Assembly (NCBI GenBank): GCA_951406725.2
Contig: OX597835.1
Coordinates: 45,632,001-45,696,000, forward strand
Length of the DNA: 64,000 nt
Direction: 5' to 3'
Source: Octopus vulgaris
Taxonomy: Eukaryota
A program made the translations under genes and the position numbers. Under the pieces are notes generated by a model that had not been told where the DNA came from, did no database searches, and saw only the letters and a list, made by a program, of their open reading frames with translations. This document shows positions 29,321-43,706 of the stretch, one piece after another; positions within the stretch are counted from its first letter, which is position 1; each line of letters begins with the position of its first letter.

Positions 29321-30104
29321 AACAGCCTGTTATGCAGCATGTTTAAGATTCCACCAGATGTAAATAGCCATCACTTTGATCAGTTAACCCATGAGAATTC
29401 TTGAAAGAATCTCAAGCAGAATACCGAAGAAATCCATCCAGATAACGGGTCGGATTCTGACAGACACAGGATTATATCAGAAGAGATCTTTAACATGTAA
29501 AAACTCTTTGCAAAAACCCCTCTGGATACCAAATCTATGTTGATTTTGCCACTGTTTGAATTTATTGAATCGTTCTATTTTAGCCACGAACAGACGTATT
29601 CACAACTTGTAATTGTCTGAAGATGCTACTTAAAGTTAACACAAAATCCTGAAGTATTGCTCTCGGTTGTCACAAATACAACAAACACATCTTAGAAACT
29701 TGCAAAATTTTCTCCTTGAACAGAGTCAAATAACAATGGCATTTTCATTTTCATTTTTTGTCATTTGTTTTTATTTTATGAAATGATAATTTATACAATG
29801 GTCGCTGTGGGCAAGATTAAAACTCATTAATATACACTTGACGTTCGCCAGTTCGAGACGTATCAACCCTTGCAATTTGGCATCCATTTTGAGGCATTTC
29901 TTTAGCAGGAGACAAATTCCATTTGCAGCACAGGATACAGCTCTAAGAACGTTGAAGACGAGTAAAAATGCATGAAGGTTTGCTCGTACGTATAAGTATG
30001 CTTAAATGAGAATCAGAATCGCCTACATTCATTCACAAATTCATTTTCTCTATAAAGATCATTCGTTGTATAATTCTTCAATTTACTCGAGAAAATACCT
30101 TCCA

Positions 30105-30283
30105 GGTGTTGCTGTGTCGTTAGAAGTTTGGTTCCCTACGACATAGGTCCGGGTTCAGTTCTACTACGTGGAATTTTGAGCAGATGCTTTCTACTATAGG
30201 GCCGACAAAACATTGTGAGTGGATTTGGAAGATGGAAACTAAAAGAAGACATTCGTATATATTATACGATAGTCTTCTTTTAG

Positions 30284-30344
<61 letters not shown>

Positions 30345-30580
30345 TATATCTGTGTGTGTCCTTGCGTCTGTTTTTCCACCATCATCACTTGACAGCCGGT
30401 GTTAGTGTGTTTACGTCCGCATATGTCCACAGTTCGGTAAAAGATACTGATAAAAATAGCTCCAAGCTTTCAAGGAGAAAAGGTAGTGGGATCGATTCTC
30501 GTTCGACTAAAATTATTCTAGGCAGTGCCTCTGCATGGCCGCAGTCTAATGACTGACAGAAATAAAAGACAAAAAGATAA
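30105..30580 (+). mobile_element. SINE family A
   Basis: gggttcagttc B box, gtgagtggatttggaagatggaaact, 3' gcatggccgcagtctaatgactga. Confidence 0.8.
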
Positions 30581-31212
30581 GAAAACCCTTTTATCTTTTT
30601 CGATTTGCTTTCATGGAGCAACAGGTGAAAATGATGTTATATCACATTTTTGTTACGCGCTACAATTTCGGCGAAATATTATGCGCATCCGGTAAAGAAA
30701 ACACTTTATTAATTCTGTATCTTTACATTTCGAATTCCAATCCTACCTGAATCATTTGTGCGTTTCATTCTCCAGAGGTCGATGAGTTCAAAATACCCGT
30801 CGAGTAATTGACTTTGTAGTACCGACTAACACATTTCCCTGGAATTGATAGCATTGAGCCTAAATCCGAAATCGTCATATTTTTTAATACTTTTGCAAAT
30901 GATTTCGCTACAACTTTTATTCTTTCTTCACATTTAAACAACATTCACTATGTAAGTGAAATCGAAAACTTGACGCAATAAAACAAAACTAAATCTACAC
31001 CGCATAATATGTAAGGAATAAAGACAGGAAGAAAAGAGATTTAAAGCAATGTCAATGGATATTAACAGTGAATATCTATTAACAGCAGTAAACACAAACT
31101 TTCTGATTCCGGTTTGTTATCCAACACATACATGAACACTCATATTCTTTGTTCTTATCTCCTGATGAGTTCTCGAAATATGGAGATGAAACGTATTGAA
31201 AATCGCTGGTGA

Positions 31213-31826
31213 TTATAGCTTTCAAATTTTGGTACAAGCTCAGTAATTTCAGGTGAGCGAGGAATACTCGATTATATCGGTACAATCGAGTATGCTTACA
31301 TCACCAGCCCCAAAAGGATGAGAGGCTAATGTCACCTCGGTGGAATTTGAACTCAAAATGTGAACGCAGACGTAATGTTGCGAAGTATTTTGTACGACGT
31401 GCTAATATTTCTTATTTCTTTACTGCTCACAAGGGGCTAAACACAGAGGGGACAAACAAGGACAGACAAACAGATTAAGTCGATTATATCGACCACAGTG
31501 TGTAACTCGTACTTAATTTATCGACCCTGAAAAGATGAAAAGCAAAGTCGACCCCAGCGGAATTTGAACTCAGAACGTAACGGCAGACGAAATACCTATT
31601 TCTTTATTACCCACAAGGGGCTAAACACAGAGGGGACAAACAAGGACAGACATAGGTATTAAGTCGATTACATCGACCCCAGTGCGTAACTGGTACTTAA
31701 TTTATCGACCCCGAAAGGATGAAAGGCAAAGTCAACCTCGGCGGAATTTGAACTCACAACGTAACGCAGACGAAATACCGCTAAGCATTTCGCCCGGCGT
31801 GCTAACGTTTCTGCCAGCTAACCGCC
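31213..31826 (-). mobile_element. SINE family B, three tandem/nested core units (~184 bp period)
   Basis: tatttctttattacccacaaggggctaaacacagaggggacaaacaaggacagac at ~31597 and ~31413; head gaaataccgctaagcatttcgcccggcgtgctaacg. Confidence 0.9.
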
Positions 31827-32527
31827 TGAAGTGATTGTCAGCTCACCGGCTTAAATGGGAAGTGAATAATGAAATAAAAAAAGAAGTTATTGACGATATA
31901 CATGGAGTGTCGAATGCGGAAAACTATCAACAAGAGCTTTGAGTAAGGAACCGATTAGGCTGAGCAAATATGAATATAGGACATTTACTTCATTTCAAAA
32001 ATGTACACCAGAGACAAACAAGCGGAGGATATGTTTCTCTTATGACAGTTCTTTTCAATAAATTCAATCTATGGTTTAGCTCATAACCAAACATTTTCAA
32101 CATAAAACAACGTTATGGGAATATATGAATTCATGCATCAAAACAAAAGAAAATTTAAAAGCGAGGAATTCCCATTGGAATGACGAGTTATTATGATAAT
32201 GTGGAGCTAACCCACTAAAAATATTCTCTCCCAGATTGAAGAGAGCGAGAACGAATCAAGGCTAAAAAGGGGTATTACACTGTATGTATGTATGTATATG
32301 TGTATCTATTTATGTATGCATGTATGAGTGTATGCATTTATATATGTATATGTATGTATAGACAGGTACACACACACACACTCACATTTATATATATTTT
32401 ATGTATGCGTGTGAAATTGTGAGTTTAGGCATGGATTTACTCACTTGAATATCTACGTATATACATACAGGTATATATCGTTCTCTCTCTCTCTCTCTTC
32501 CCATATATGTATATGTGTATATATATA

Positions 32528-32607
<80 letters not shown>

Positions 32608-32618
32608 ATAAAATAAAA

Positions 32619-32670
<52 letters not shown>

Positions 32671-33234
32671 TTATATATATACATGCATATATGTGTGTGT
32701 GTGTTTCTTGATAAATTCGAGGCCACTGAATTCACAAATGAAATTCATTTTGATCTATTACGTCAGAATGTTTTCAGAAGCTAATTTTTCAAACAATTCC
32801 AGTATTATCTTCACTTCTAAGGATAGATTTGGCTTCAGCAAATGCAGGCCGGTGTATAGAACAGCTTTTCAATACCATTTAAAGTAAAAGCAACCACAAA
32901 AGTGAAAGCAAAAGTTATGATTTAAGAATCTTCAGTAAATAAAGAAGCAACAATCTTGAGTGTCTTTTATTATATTCAATGCAACCAGTTTAAAATTTCC
33001 TGAAAATGACAGAAATGTCTTTATACAATTGTTTGTCAATAAACAACATATTTCTCTGGCCCTTGACGTCATATATGTTTCATATTCGGGGAATTTGTGA
33101 GCAGATATCCCCTTTTTGAGTTTTATATAGAATGATAGTTCAAACCAAGTGAGATATGTTTTGTTCAATATTTCACTATTTAATTATAAAAACTGGAGGC
33201 GTCTTTAATGTTTTGGATGCGTTTTTAATGCATT

Positions 33235-34387
<1,153 letters not shown>

Positions 34388-34838
34388 TTTTCCCTCTGTA
34401 ATAAACTGTACTTGTAAATCTGTTTCATTCTGTTCTATAAGGTAATACTCCTATTAAATTTTTCCTTATTTTTTTGGTGGAATTTCTTATTTACATATAT
34501 TTTCGAATTTAAGCAAATAGCTTATTCTTGTTATTGTAAAGCGGTTATTTGTAATGTTGTTCTCGCTGTTGCTCTTGACGTATATATTTTATATTGTTTA
34601 TATTTTTCTCTTTTTTTTTCTATTAGAGATCAAAAGAAACAAATATATATTGCTTTTCTTTATCCAAATGACAAATATCATTTAACATAAACACAAACAA
34701 AACAGCAAATCTGAAACCTCACATGCACACACACACACAAACACACACACACACACATGAATACAAACACCCACAGTCACATCCTCACGTGCGACCCCAC
34801 TCCACTAATGCAAGCTGCCTGCATGCACACATACCTAC

Positions 34839-34890
<52 letters not shown>

Positions 34891-34935
34891 ATTCATATAT
34901 GTATATCCATGTATATATATATATGTATATATGTA

Positions 34936-34996
<61 letters not shown>

Positions 34997-35295
34997 GCAC
35001 ATATATGTACATACATGTGACCGCATATATTTGTACATACACAAATGCATATACAAATGTATACAAATAAACACATCATAAATACAATCACACATACACA
35101 CACAAGTATATGTATGTTTACCTATATACATTCATATAAATATACTTATATAGACATACACTCTCCATATATGACTGTCCCCGTCTCTCTTTCTCCCTAT
35201 CTATATATCTATCAACATATATATATATACATACATATATAAGCGTGTATGTGTGTGCTTGGGCATCCACAAGTTTACGCGCGCTTTTGTGTATT

Positions 35296-35383
<88 letters not shown>

Positions 35384-37079
35384 GGTATACTTGTATGCAT
35401 ATACTTATAGGTTCCCGCGCTCGCACAAATACTTGCGCATCACCCCATTACATTAACTCTTCTACTAAAGAAACAACATCTTTTGATGTATCTTTTTGAT
35501 TGCCTCTTTCTTACATTCTTTCTTAATTTCTGTCTTCATGTTGTGCCTTCCCTTCAAGAAATAAATAATAGATGATCATTTGAACGTTATACAAGTTTTC
35601 GTTTGTTATTTTACTTATCCTTCTTTATTTATAAATAAAAAAAACATGTGTATCTCTTGAACGTAAGCGAGGGCCGTACGCATCTTTAACTCTACTAGAT
35701 ATAGCAGTCAATGTGTCACGTCGCATTCATAGCGGTATTCCTAATATCAGAAATTTTTTTCTGGACATTTTTTCTGCATACTAGTAGATAGATTTACAAG
35801 GGCATAATTATTTCGAAAGTGTTGTCTACCAGGCCTGCTATGGAGTTAAGCAACACAACTCCTATGCAACTCGCACAACTACTCTCCCTGCCATAAATAC
35901 GAGTCTAATTTCTCTTTAAGTATACCCTATCATATTAAAAAACGCCTTATGCGTTCTCAGATATATGGAGTCTAAAATTGGGGTTGATTACATTTTGAAA
36001 GATGAATTTGCAATCAATGATGATTAGCTTTTGATAACGATACAATATGCCTGCGGAAAGAATTGTGAATGAGGAATTCATTCCAAAACATTGCATTGTC
36101 GGGTTCCATATCACTGCACTACAGTTTGTCTGAAGATTTCGCTATACCCTCTGCCGGACAATGACTAGTGCGTTTGATTTTCTTTCTTCCTTTGATTTAC
36201 ATAACCTACATCTGCAATCGACCTCATTTTTGTCTATCATGTTTCTTATCCAGTTTGTCTTTAAAGCTTGAAATTGTGCTGCTACCAACAAACATTGTGT
36301 CTCCATTTTCAACCTTCTTTCTGGAACCGCAACTATGTCTCAGTAATATTATTTCATACATCTTTCTCTGCAAACCTACCATGCAAAGACTGATAATCAT
36401 GCTTCTTCTTTCTTTTCTTTAAGTACATTTAGGATTTTGGTAATTCTGTCTACTACTGTAACACTAAAGCTATTCATAAAATTTCTTCACTATTATATAC
36501 GTTAGAGGCTATATATACTCTTGTTAACTCCAACAATTTTTTACTGATATTAAGCCTCTGTCACTCTCCCTTCTAGGTAAATTCAATCCTAGTATTACTG
36601 ATCTAAGATGAAGTCTTCAATTGATATAGAATTCTTTCCTACTTCTTCTGCCTAGATTTGCGAAATCAGATTTTGTCCACTCTACAAAAGCAACTAAATT
36701 GTGTCCACATATTTTGGAGCCATCATTAGTTTCGGGTTATTAAGCTTTGACTTCATTACCTTTTTCAGATTTCTGATGTACACCTCAATTCTCTCTTTCA
36801 TTTCTATTAGTACTCAGTCACATTTTAATACAGGTATGCACTTTTAACGTTCTCCTACTTTCGGTGACTTTAATGTCATGTCATGTCATGTGGTAGTTGA
36901 ACGCCTTCACGGCTGGCTACCTATTCCTTTTTATGATGAATATTGCGCACTTATTTATTCCAAATTCGATACGAATTTTTTCCCTGAAGATTAGAATATT
37001 AAGTGAAGATTTTAAGATAAGGTCTCAGTAGAATAGTAGCCTCGAAACGTTTTTGAAAAAAAAAACTTCGTCAAATACA

Positions 37080-37815
37080 AAGGTTTTGGGACAGTCAGAG
37101 AATAGCTGAAACAAAGGTGTCATAGCAATAGCAGGTAAGCTTTCCCGATATAAGAAAAAATAGATCAATATCAACGGAAAAGATTGTTTGAAATACATAA
37201 GCGGAGTTTTTTTTTTTTACAGCCAAATAAGAAGTGTAGAAAAAACTAATGAAGATAAGAGGCCTGGGACCAGATTTATTTCAAGGATATTGGTGAAAGA
37301 AGTAGAAGGTCATAGAGGGGTCCAAGGGAACAACTTCAGGATTGCTTGATTGGAAGGATCATACTTCATTTGATGACTGGAGGGAACACAATACTCTTTA
37401 GGAAATTCAAAAACAACGGTAATATAGCTAGTAATTATAGAGCAGTCAGTTGCTTAGCATTAGTTCGAAAGCTGTTATCAGGTCTGCGGTCCGAAAGGAT
37501 TTGTAACCACTTTGACAGCCAGATTTACTTCCAAAAGAGCAGAAAAGTTGCAGGAAGAAAGTTAGAGTAACGCACGATATATTATGCAAAGAGGAAGAAT
37601 ATTCAAAAGAAGTGAAATTAAGAAAGAAAAAAAATGAAATAGTAAGGATAGACACGATTTCACAGTCATAGACAAGTGAAATGTTGAGTATATTCAATAT
37701 TGCAGTCAACATAAGAGAATTAATTAGCTATAATACAAAGAAATGGAAAGTAGATATTTACTCACCTGATACAGTCTTAGTGAAATTTAATATCAAGAAA
37801 GGAACTTTCCAGACC
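37080..37815 (+). pseudogene. R4/Dong-clade non-LTR retrotransposon RT fragment
   Basis: LMTGGNTILFRKFKNNGNIASNYRAVSCLALVRKLLSGLRSERICNHF (NYRPITCL motif), then NIKKGTFQ (IxxGIFQGD-like). Confidence 0.75.
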
Positions 37816-38224
37816 ACGCCATATGCTACTCCATACGTTTCAATTCTTCTTGTTTTCCAGGAGTGTCGTATTATTGTCAATCCACGCCATGCTCAGGTGT
37901 GCGTGTCTTCTCCTTCATTTCCTGATATTTAGATTATAAATTAACAGCTGATTTTTCATTCCGCAGCTCCTCCTTCGACACTCTGTCTGTCACATAAGTA
38001 GCAGTCCACTTTATTCAACAGTTCACCAGTCAAAATGCTTAGCGATAGTTTCCACGTTAGCGGGAGACACGTTACTGATCGAAAGTTAGCTGTTAGCTAC
38101 AACGTTTCCAGGCTCCTTGACACTTAACAATGTCTTCCCTTTGTCATCCGGTTGGGTACTTTGCATTCCTGCAAGCTCTCCTCAAGCTCTCCTGTTGTTC
38201 TATTATTTATATTATTCTGCCTCT

Positions 38225-38365
38225 GCGTAAGTGGTAAGAATCTTGTTTCCTCTCATGGATCCAGGTTCAGTCCTACTGAGTGGCACCTTGGGCAAGTGTC
38301 TTCTGTTATAACCCTCGGCTGACCAAAGCCTTTTGAGTCGATTTGGAAATTAAAAAAAGCTCATC

Positions 38366-38416
<51 letters not shown>

Positions 38417-38510
38417 TACTGTCACGTTCGTGTTAGATTGACAGTATACAACCATTCTATCGCCCCACCACCGTACATGTCTCTACGAGAGATTTAGAAA
38501 TTTAGTATTT

Positions 38511-38567
<57 letters not shown>

Positions 38568-38705
38568 GATTGGTATGTGTGTGTGTCTTTGCGTCTGTGT
38601 TTGCCCTCCACCACTGCTTGACAACTGGTGTCGGTGTGTTTAACACCTAGCGACACTAGCAGTTCGGCAAACGTGGCCGATGTAATAAGTACAAGACTTC
38701 GCAAA
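38225..38705 (+). mobile_element. SINE family A, split by (TA)n and an insertion
   Basis: aggttcagtcc, tggcaccttgggcaagtgtctt, gaccaaagcctt; 3' half gcttgacaactggtgtcggtgtgttt. Confidence 0.75.
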
Positions 38706-39316
38706 AACATTAAATGAATAAATAATATAAAAATGAAGCAATAATAATTCGTTCAAGGTGATAACGCAGCTTGGTCGCACTCTAATGAGTGAAGCAAATA
38801 AAATACAAGATGGATGATGGAACATTTTCCCTCCGTCTGGTGGCTGTCCGTATAGGTTGTGTAATGAACAATCCTGAGGCAAATGAACAAACATTTCCCT
38901 ATTCCACGAAGCCCTTATCAACTTCTTAGCATTCCCTTTGTATTGGAATTGAGTTTCGAGGGTGCTGTGCTGATTCTTCAGCTGCACCTGTAAACTTGGG
39001 GGGTGGGGGATTATGGCGAAGAAAACCCGAATGAGTGAGCCTACTCTAAGAAGATGTCTGTAGGCTGAGGAAGAAGGAGGAGAGAAAGAAGCATCTGCCA
39101 TGGAAATCCGGATGAGTAGGGTTGGGTGGTATCGGAGTATTTCCTTTGGTTCCCGTCGATAGCATTTATCTCTGTTGGAGAATTTTGGAGTTAGAATGTT
39201 TCCATAATTTTTATTCTTTACTTTTCGTTTATTAATACGTCTTTTTGTAAATCTGCACCGTCATCTTTCTTGTATTGTGAACATTTTTGGATGGCCATTG
39301 TGGTCAATGAAGAAGA

Positions 39317-39905
<589 letters not shown>

Positions 39906-39924
39906 TGTCACTGTTTTTATTGTC

Positions 39925-40790
39925 TTTGCACTGATTCTAACGCTGGAAATGTAGTACGGTGTCAGCTGTTCACGACCAGTGATCTGAAGTAACACCCCTT
40001 ATTTTTCGAGCACCTCCCGGAGTATTCGAGCTGTTCCAAGCAGTGTTGTTTTCTGCAAGTTATCCAACCTTATTACAGCCCTTATTTGTTCCATGTATTT
40101 CTCGAGATTTTTTCTCACTGTTCCCAGGGATCCGGCAATTATTGGTACTACTACCACCTTTTTCATCAACCAAAACTGGATTACCTCCCAAGCTAAACTG
40201 TCATATCTATCGACTTTCTTCGTTCTAGCATACCATGTTGTCAGCAGGGCATGCTATATCTAGGGCCGAGCATAATTTGCTTTCTTTCTCAATTAAGACT
40301 ATGTCTAACTTCCTATTCTCTATCTCATGGTCGCAATGAATCATAAAATCCCACAGGATCTTTGCGTTATCATTTTCGATGATGCCTTCGGGTTTGTGCT
40401 TGTACCAATTTTTTTCTCTGTCAAGTCCATACTTGTTGCAAAGTGTCCAATGGACAAGCCTTGCTATATTGTCGCGGCGTCTCTTATATTCCTTCTAGGC
40501 TACTGGCCTACAATGGCTGGTAATATGCCATACAGTTTCACCATTTTGCCCACAGATTCTGCACTTGCCACTATCTGATGTGTTGTCTATTCTGTATTTT
40601 ATGTAGTTTGTTCTTAGTGCTTGCTCTTAGGCAGCACAGATCAGAGCCTCTCGTTTCCGGTTTTAAATCAGTTTTAGTCATCCACAGCCATTATTTTTCT
40701 CTGTCTGTCTTATCTTCAACATCTCTATGAAGTTATCCATGCATTCCTTTCTTTACCCACCCTATTTTCAGTTTAATTCGTTTTCAATTG
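39925..40790 (-). mobile_element. R4/Dong-clade LINE 3' end (CCHC knuckle + restriction-like endonuclease remnant; stop at 39999)
   Basis: Minus strand CRICGQNGETVWHITSHC...WYKHKPEGIIENDNAKILWDFMIHCDHEIENRKLDIVLIEKE...LDIACP...LQKTTLLGTARILREVLEK*; (TAA)n on both sides. Confidence 0.9.
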
Positions 40791-40858
40791 CTTGTACACT
40801 GCTTTATCTTTGCAATCTCTCATTATAGGATGAATTATTATTATTATTATTATCATCA

Positions 40859-40931
<73 letters not shown>

Positions 40932-41053
40932 GATTATTATTACCAGGCTGCTTTGCAATTTTCAAAGTGTCTACCACTGTTGTTTAAAACAATATACACA
41001 AACGCATACACACACATACGCATGCACGCACGCATAAACGCAGACAAGCAGCT

Positions 41054-41129
<76 letters not shown>

Positions 41130-41810
41130 GAAAAATGATATGATATGATATGAAAATTAGAATCTTGAACTCACGACAGAAACTAGGCACAAAAACAATG
41201 ATGAACATAATTCAATGAAAAGCAACATAACTGAAATCATCAACGACAAGAAGAAGAGCAAAATCAAAAAGAAAAAAAAAAGAAATCACAAGAAGAAATT
41301 TGCCAGTGACTACAAGCATGGCGAATAGTCCCCAGCTTTGTAGAAAAACAATACAGTAAAACAAAAGGCTATGAACTATAAAACAAACAAAATAAAAGTG
41401 CTTGTACATTCTTAATTAAGACTCTGTCGACTTTTACAGTTCGTTATGACGTGTTTGATCTTTCACTCAGATGCTGCGTTTGAGCTAATTATTTGCCTGC
41501 CTATGGTGCAACAGGTGTTTGCAACAGGTAGTAAAGTGTGTTAGCAAAAGGTTATAGAGATGGAGGACGATAAGTTTCAATAGAAACCGGTTCTGGTAAC
41601 GTCTACCAGATATGAATGATAGCTCGACGGCTGGATATAGTATTAGTGTTAAAATTATTTTGATAGGTATATAGAATGCAGCTGACGGGAAAATAGAAAA
41701 ATAATTTCTATATAACTTCATAGTAAAGAATTTGTTTAGACACATACGTATATATATGTATATATATATGTGTGTGTATGTGTGTATACTGTATATATAT
41801 ATATATATAT

Positions 41811-42492
41811 ATAGAAATATTAAAATAACTAAGTCTCTCTAAAAGAGAACAGCGGCAGCGTTCCCGGAAAATGATAGTTATCGCCATACTAATATGGCAT
41901 TCTTATAAAAATAAGAAAAAAGCTGTCCGCTTATTAGCTCCATGAGGCCATCGCCTTAAGTTAGCTATTTGATACACAAACTGTATCCATATAACCTTCG
42001 AACAAGGGAGGTCAGTCGCTCCACACTACTTGACCGGCAGCTACAGACGCGTTTCATGGAGCTAATAAGCGGACAGCTTTTTTCTTATTTTTATAAGAAT
42101 GCCATATTAGTATGGCGATAACTATCATTTTCCGGGAACGCTGCCGCTGTTCTCTTTTAGAGAGACTTAGTTATTTTAATATTTCTATTATTGAAAACAA
42201 GTGGATGTATTCCACCGAAACTAGGTAAATAAAACCATCGAACAGAGATTGTCGGAAGCGACACCTACTGGCTGGCTACGCTGCATTGAAAAGGGGCAAT
42301 ACCCCGAAACGCGTCTGTAGCTGCCGGTCAAGTAGTGTGGAGCGACTGACCTCCCTTGTTCGAAGGTTATATGGATACAGTTTGTGTATCAAATAGCTAA
42401 CTTAAGGCGATGGCCTCATGGAGCTAATAAGCGGACAGCTTTTTTCTTATTTTTATAAGAATGCCATATTAGTATGGCGATAACTATCATTT
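41811..42492 (+). mobile_element. Retrozyme/Penelope-like element: inverted partial copy (41811-42055, minus) joined to ~1.2 direct units of a 362-bp repeat
   Basis: 41811-42055 is the reverse complement of unit sequence from GAAACGCGTC to aatatttctat; atggagctaataagc recurs at 42056 and 42418; (TA)n on both flanks. Confidence 0.85.
42280..42321 (+). ncRNA. Minimal type I hammerhead ribozyme, U3-A8 core variant
   Basis: gctgca-TTGAAAA-GGGG-caata-CCCC-GAAAC-GC-GTC-tgtagc; predicted cleavage after C42315; stem III palindrome ACGCGT. Confidence 0.8.
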
Positions 42493-42515
42493 ATATATAT
42501 ATATATATAAATATA

Positions 42516-42564
<49 letters not shown>

Positions 42565-42606
42565 CAAATATAAATATATATTTATATGTATATATATATA
42601 TATATA

Positions 42607-42680
42607 TAAAGTATAATAGCCATCTCAATATGGCTAACCACAAAGGTGGTCAGCCATATTGAGATGGCTATTATACTTTA
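42607..42680. repeat. Near-perfect hairpin (35-bp arms) in a (TA)n tract
   Basis: taaagtataatagccatctcaatatggctaaccac-aaag-gtggtcagccatattgagatggctattatacttta. Confidence 0.92.
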
Positions 42681-42728
42681 CGTTGTCGAGCGGTTACTGT
42701 TTACATCTCGTTCAGAGATTTATTATTG

Positions 42729-42769
<41 letters not shown>

Positions 42770-42779
42770 CATACATATA

Positions 42780-42834
<55 letters not shown>

Positions 42835-43672
42835 CAGTTTATGGATAAATGCCTAGGGAGAGAGAAATTATGTAGAAATTAAAGTTTAGATAGGGGTCTT
42901 TAAAATGTAGCCTTCAAACCTTGTTTTGTGAATGTCACTAGTTCTATGCCTTGAGACCAGGTTCACCACCAATAGCCACCAGTCGCCATCCATGGTACTG
43001 CACTTTAGTTGCAGAATCTCCGTATGGAATTGATCCGAGAACTGTTAGTATATTTTAAATACTTGATTGGGAAGATAGTGTGTATTGTAAACTTGATTTA
43101 GCACGATGATCGTTTCGGCATATAATTGTGGATGGGAAACGATATGATTAACTCGAATGCAGAATTGCAGAAGAAACGTCATCAGGTTACATAGAGCGTT
43201 AATGTGTTATAATAGCACAGCATAGACACTGTTTGTGGGAGGATTTTGCTAGTATGGTGCGTGCCTTTCTAGTGTATATATATATATATATAGTTATATT
43301 TCGGAATGGTCATATTGCCAGTTTAGCCAATAAAAACACACGCACTATATATTTGGTGTTATTTTGCTTCAGTGTTATTTATTTTTTACATTAATCTTAA
43401 TCTTATTTCGGCCAGAGTTCTTTTGTCACACTCTTGTGACCGCATCAGTGGTCCTTTGTTTTCTTCTTTCTTATTTGTGTCTCTCCTTACTATCCGTCAG
43501 CCATTTTGTATTTCTATTGTATGTCTTCATTTGCGCATATATATTTATATGTGTGTGTGTGTGTGTATAGTATGTATATGTGTATACATATATACGCATA
43601 CGTACATACATACATATATACATATACACACACCCATATGTATATGTGTATATATATACACATACACACACA

Positions 43673-43706
<34 letters not shown>

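Noticed and set aside
29024-29404. Asp-rich 126-aa ORF (biomineralisation-like acidic protein)
   Set aside because: (GAT)n microsatellite, open in several frames and both strands; no signal peptide or convincing splice sites.
43095-43190. Minus-strand CTGATGA...GAAAC-GATCATC-GTG
   Set aside because: Non-cleavable GUG triplet, no stem I, poorly defined stem II; could be chance.
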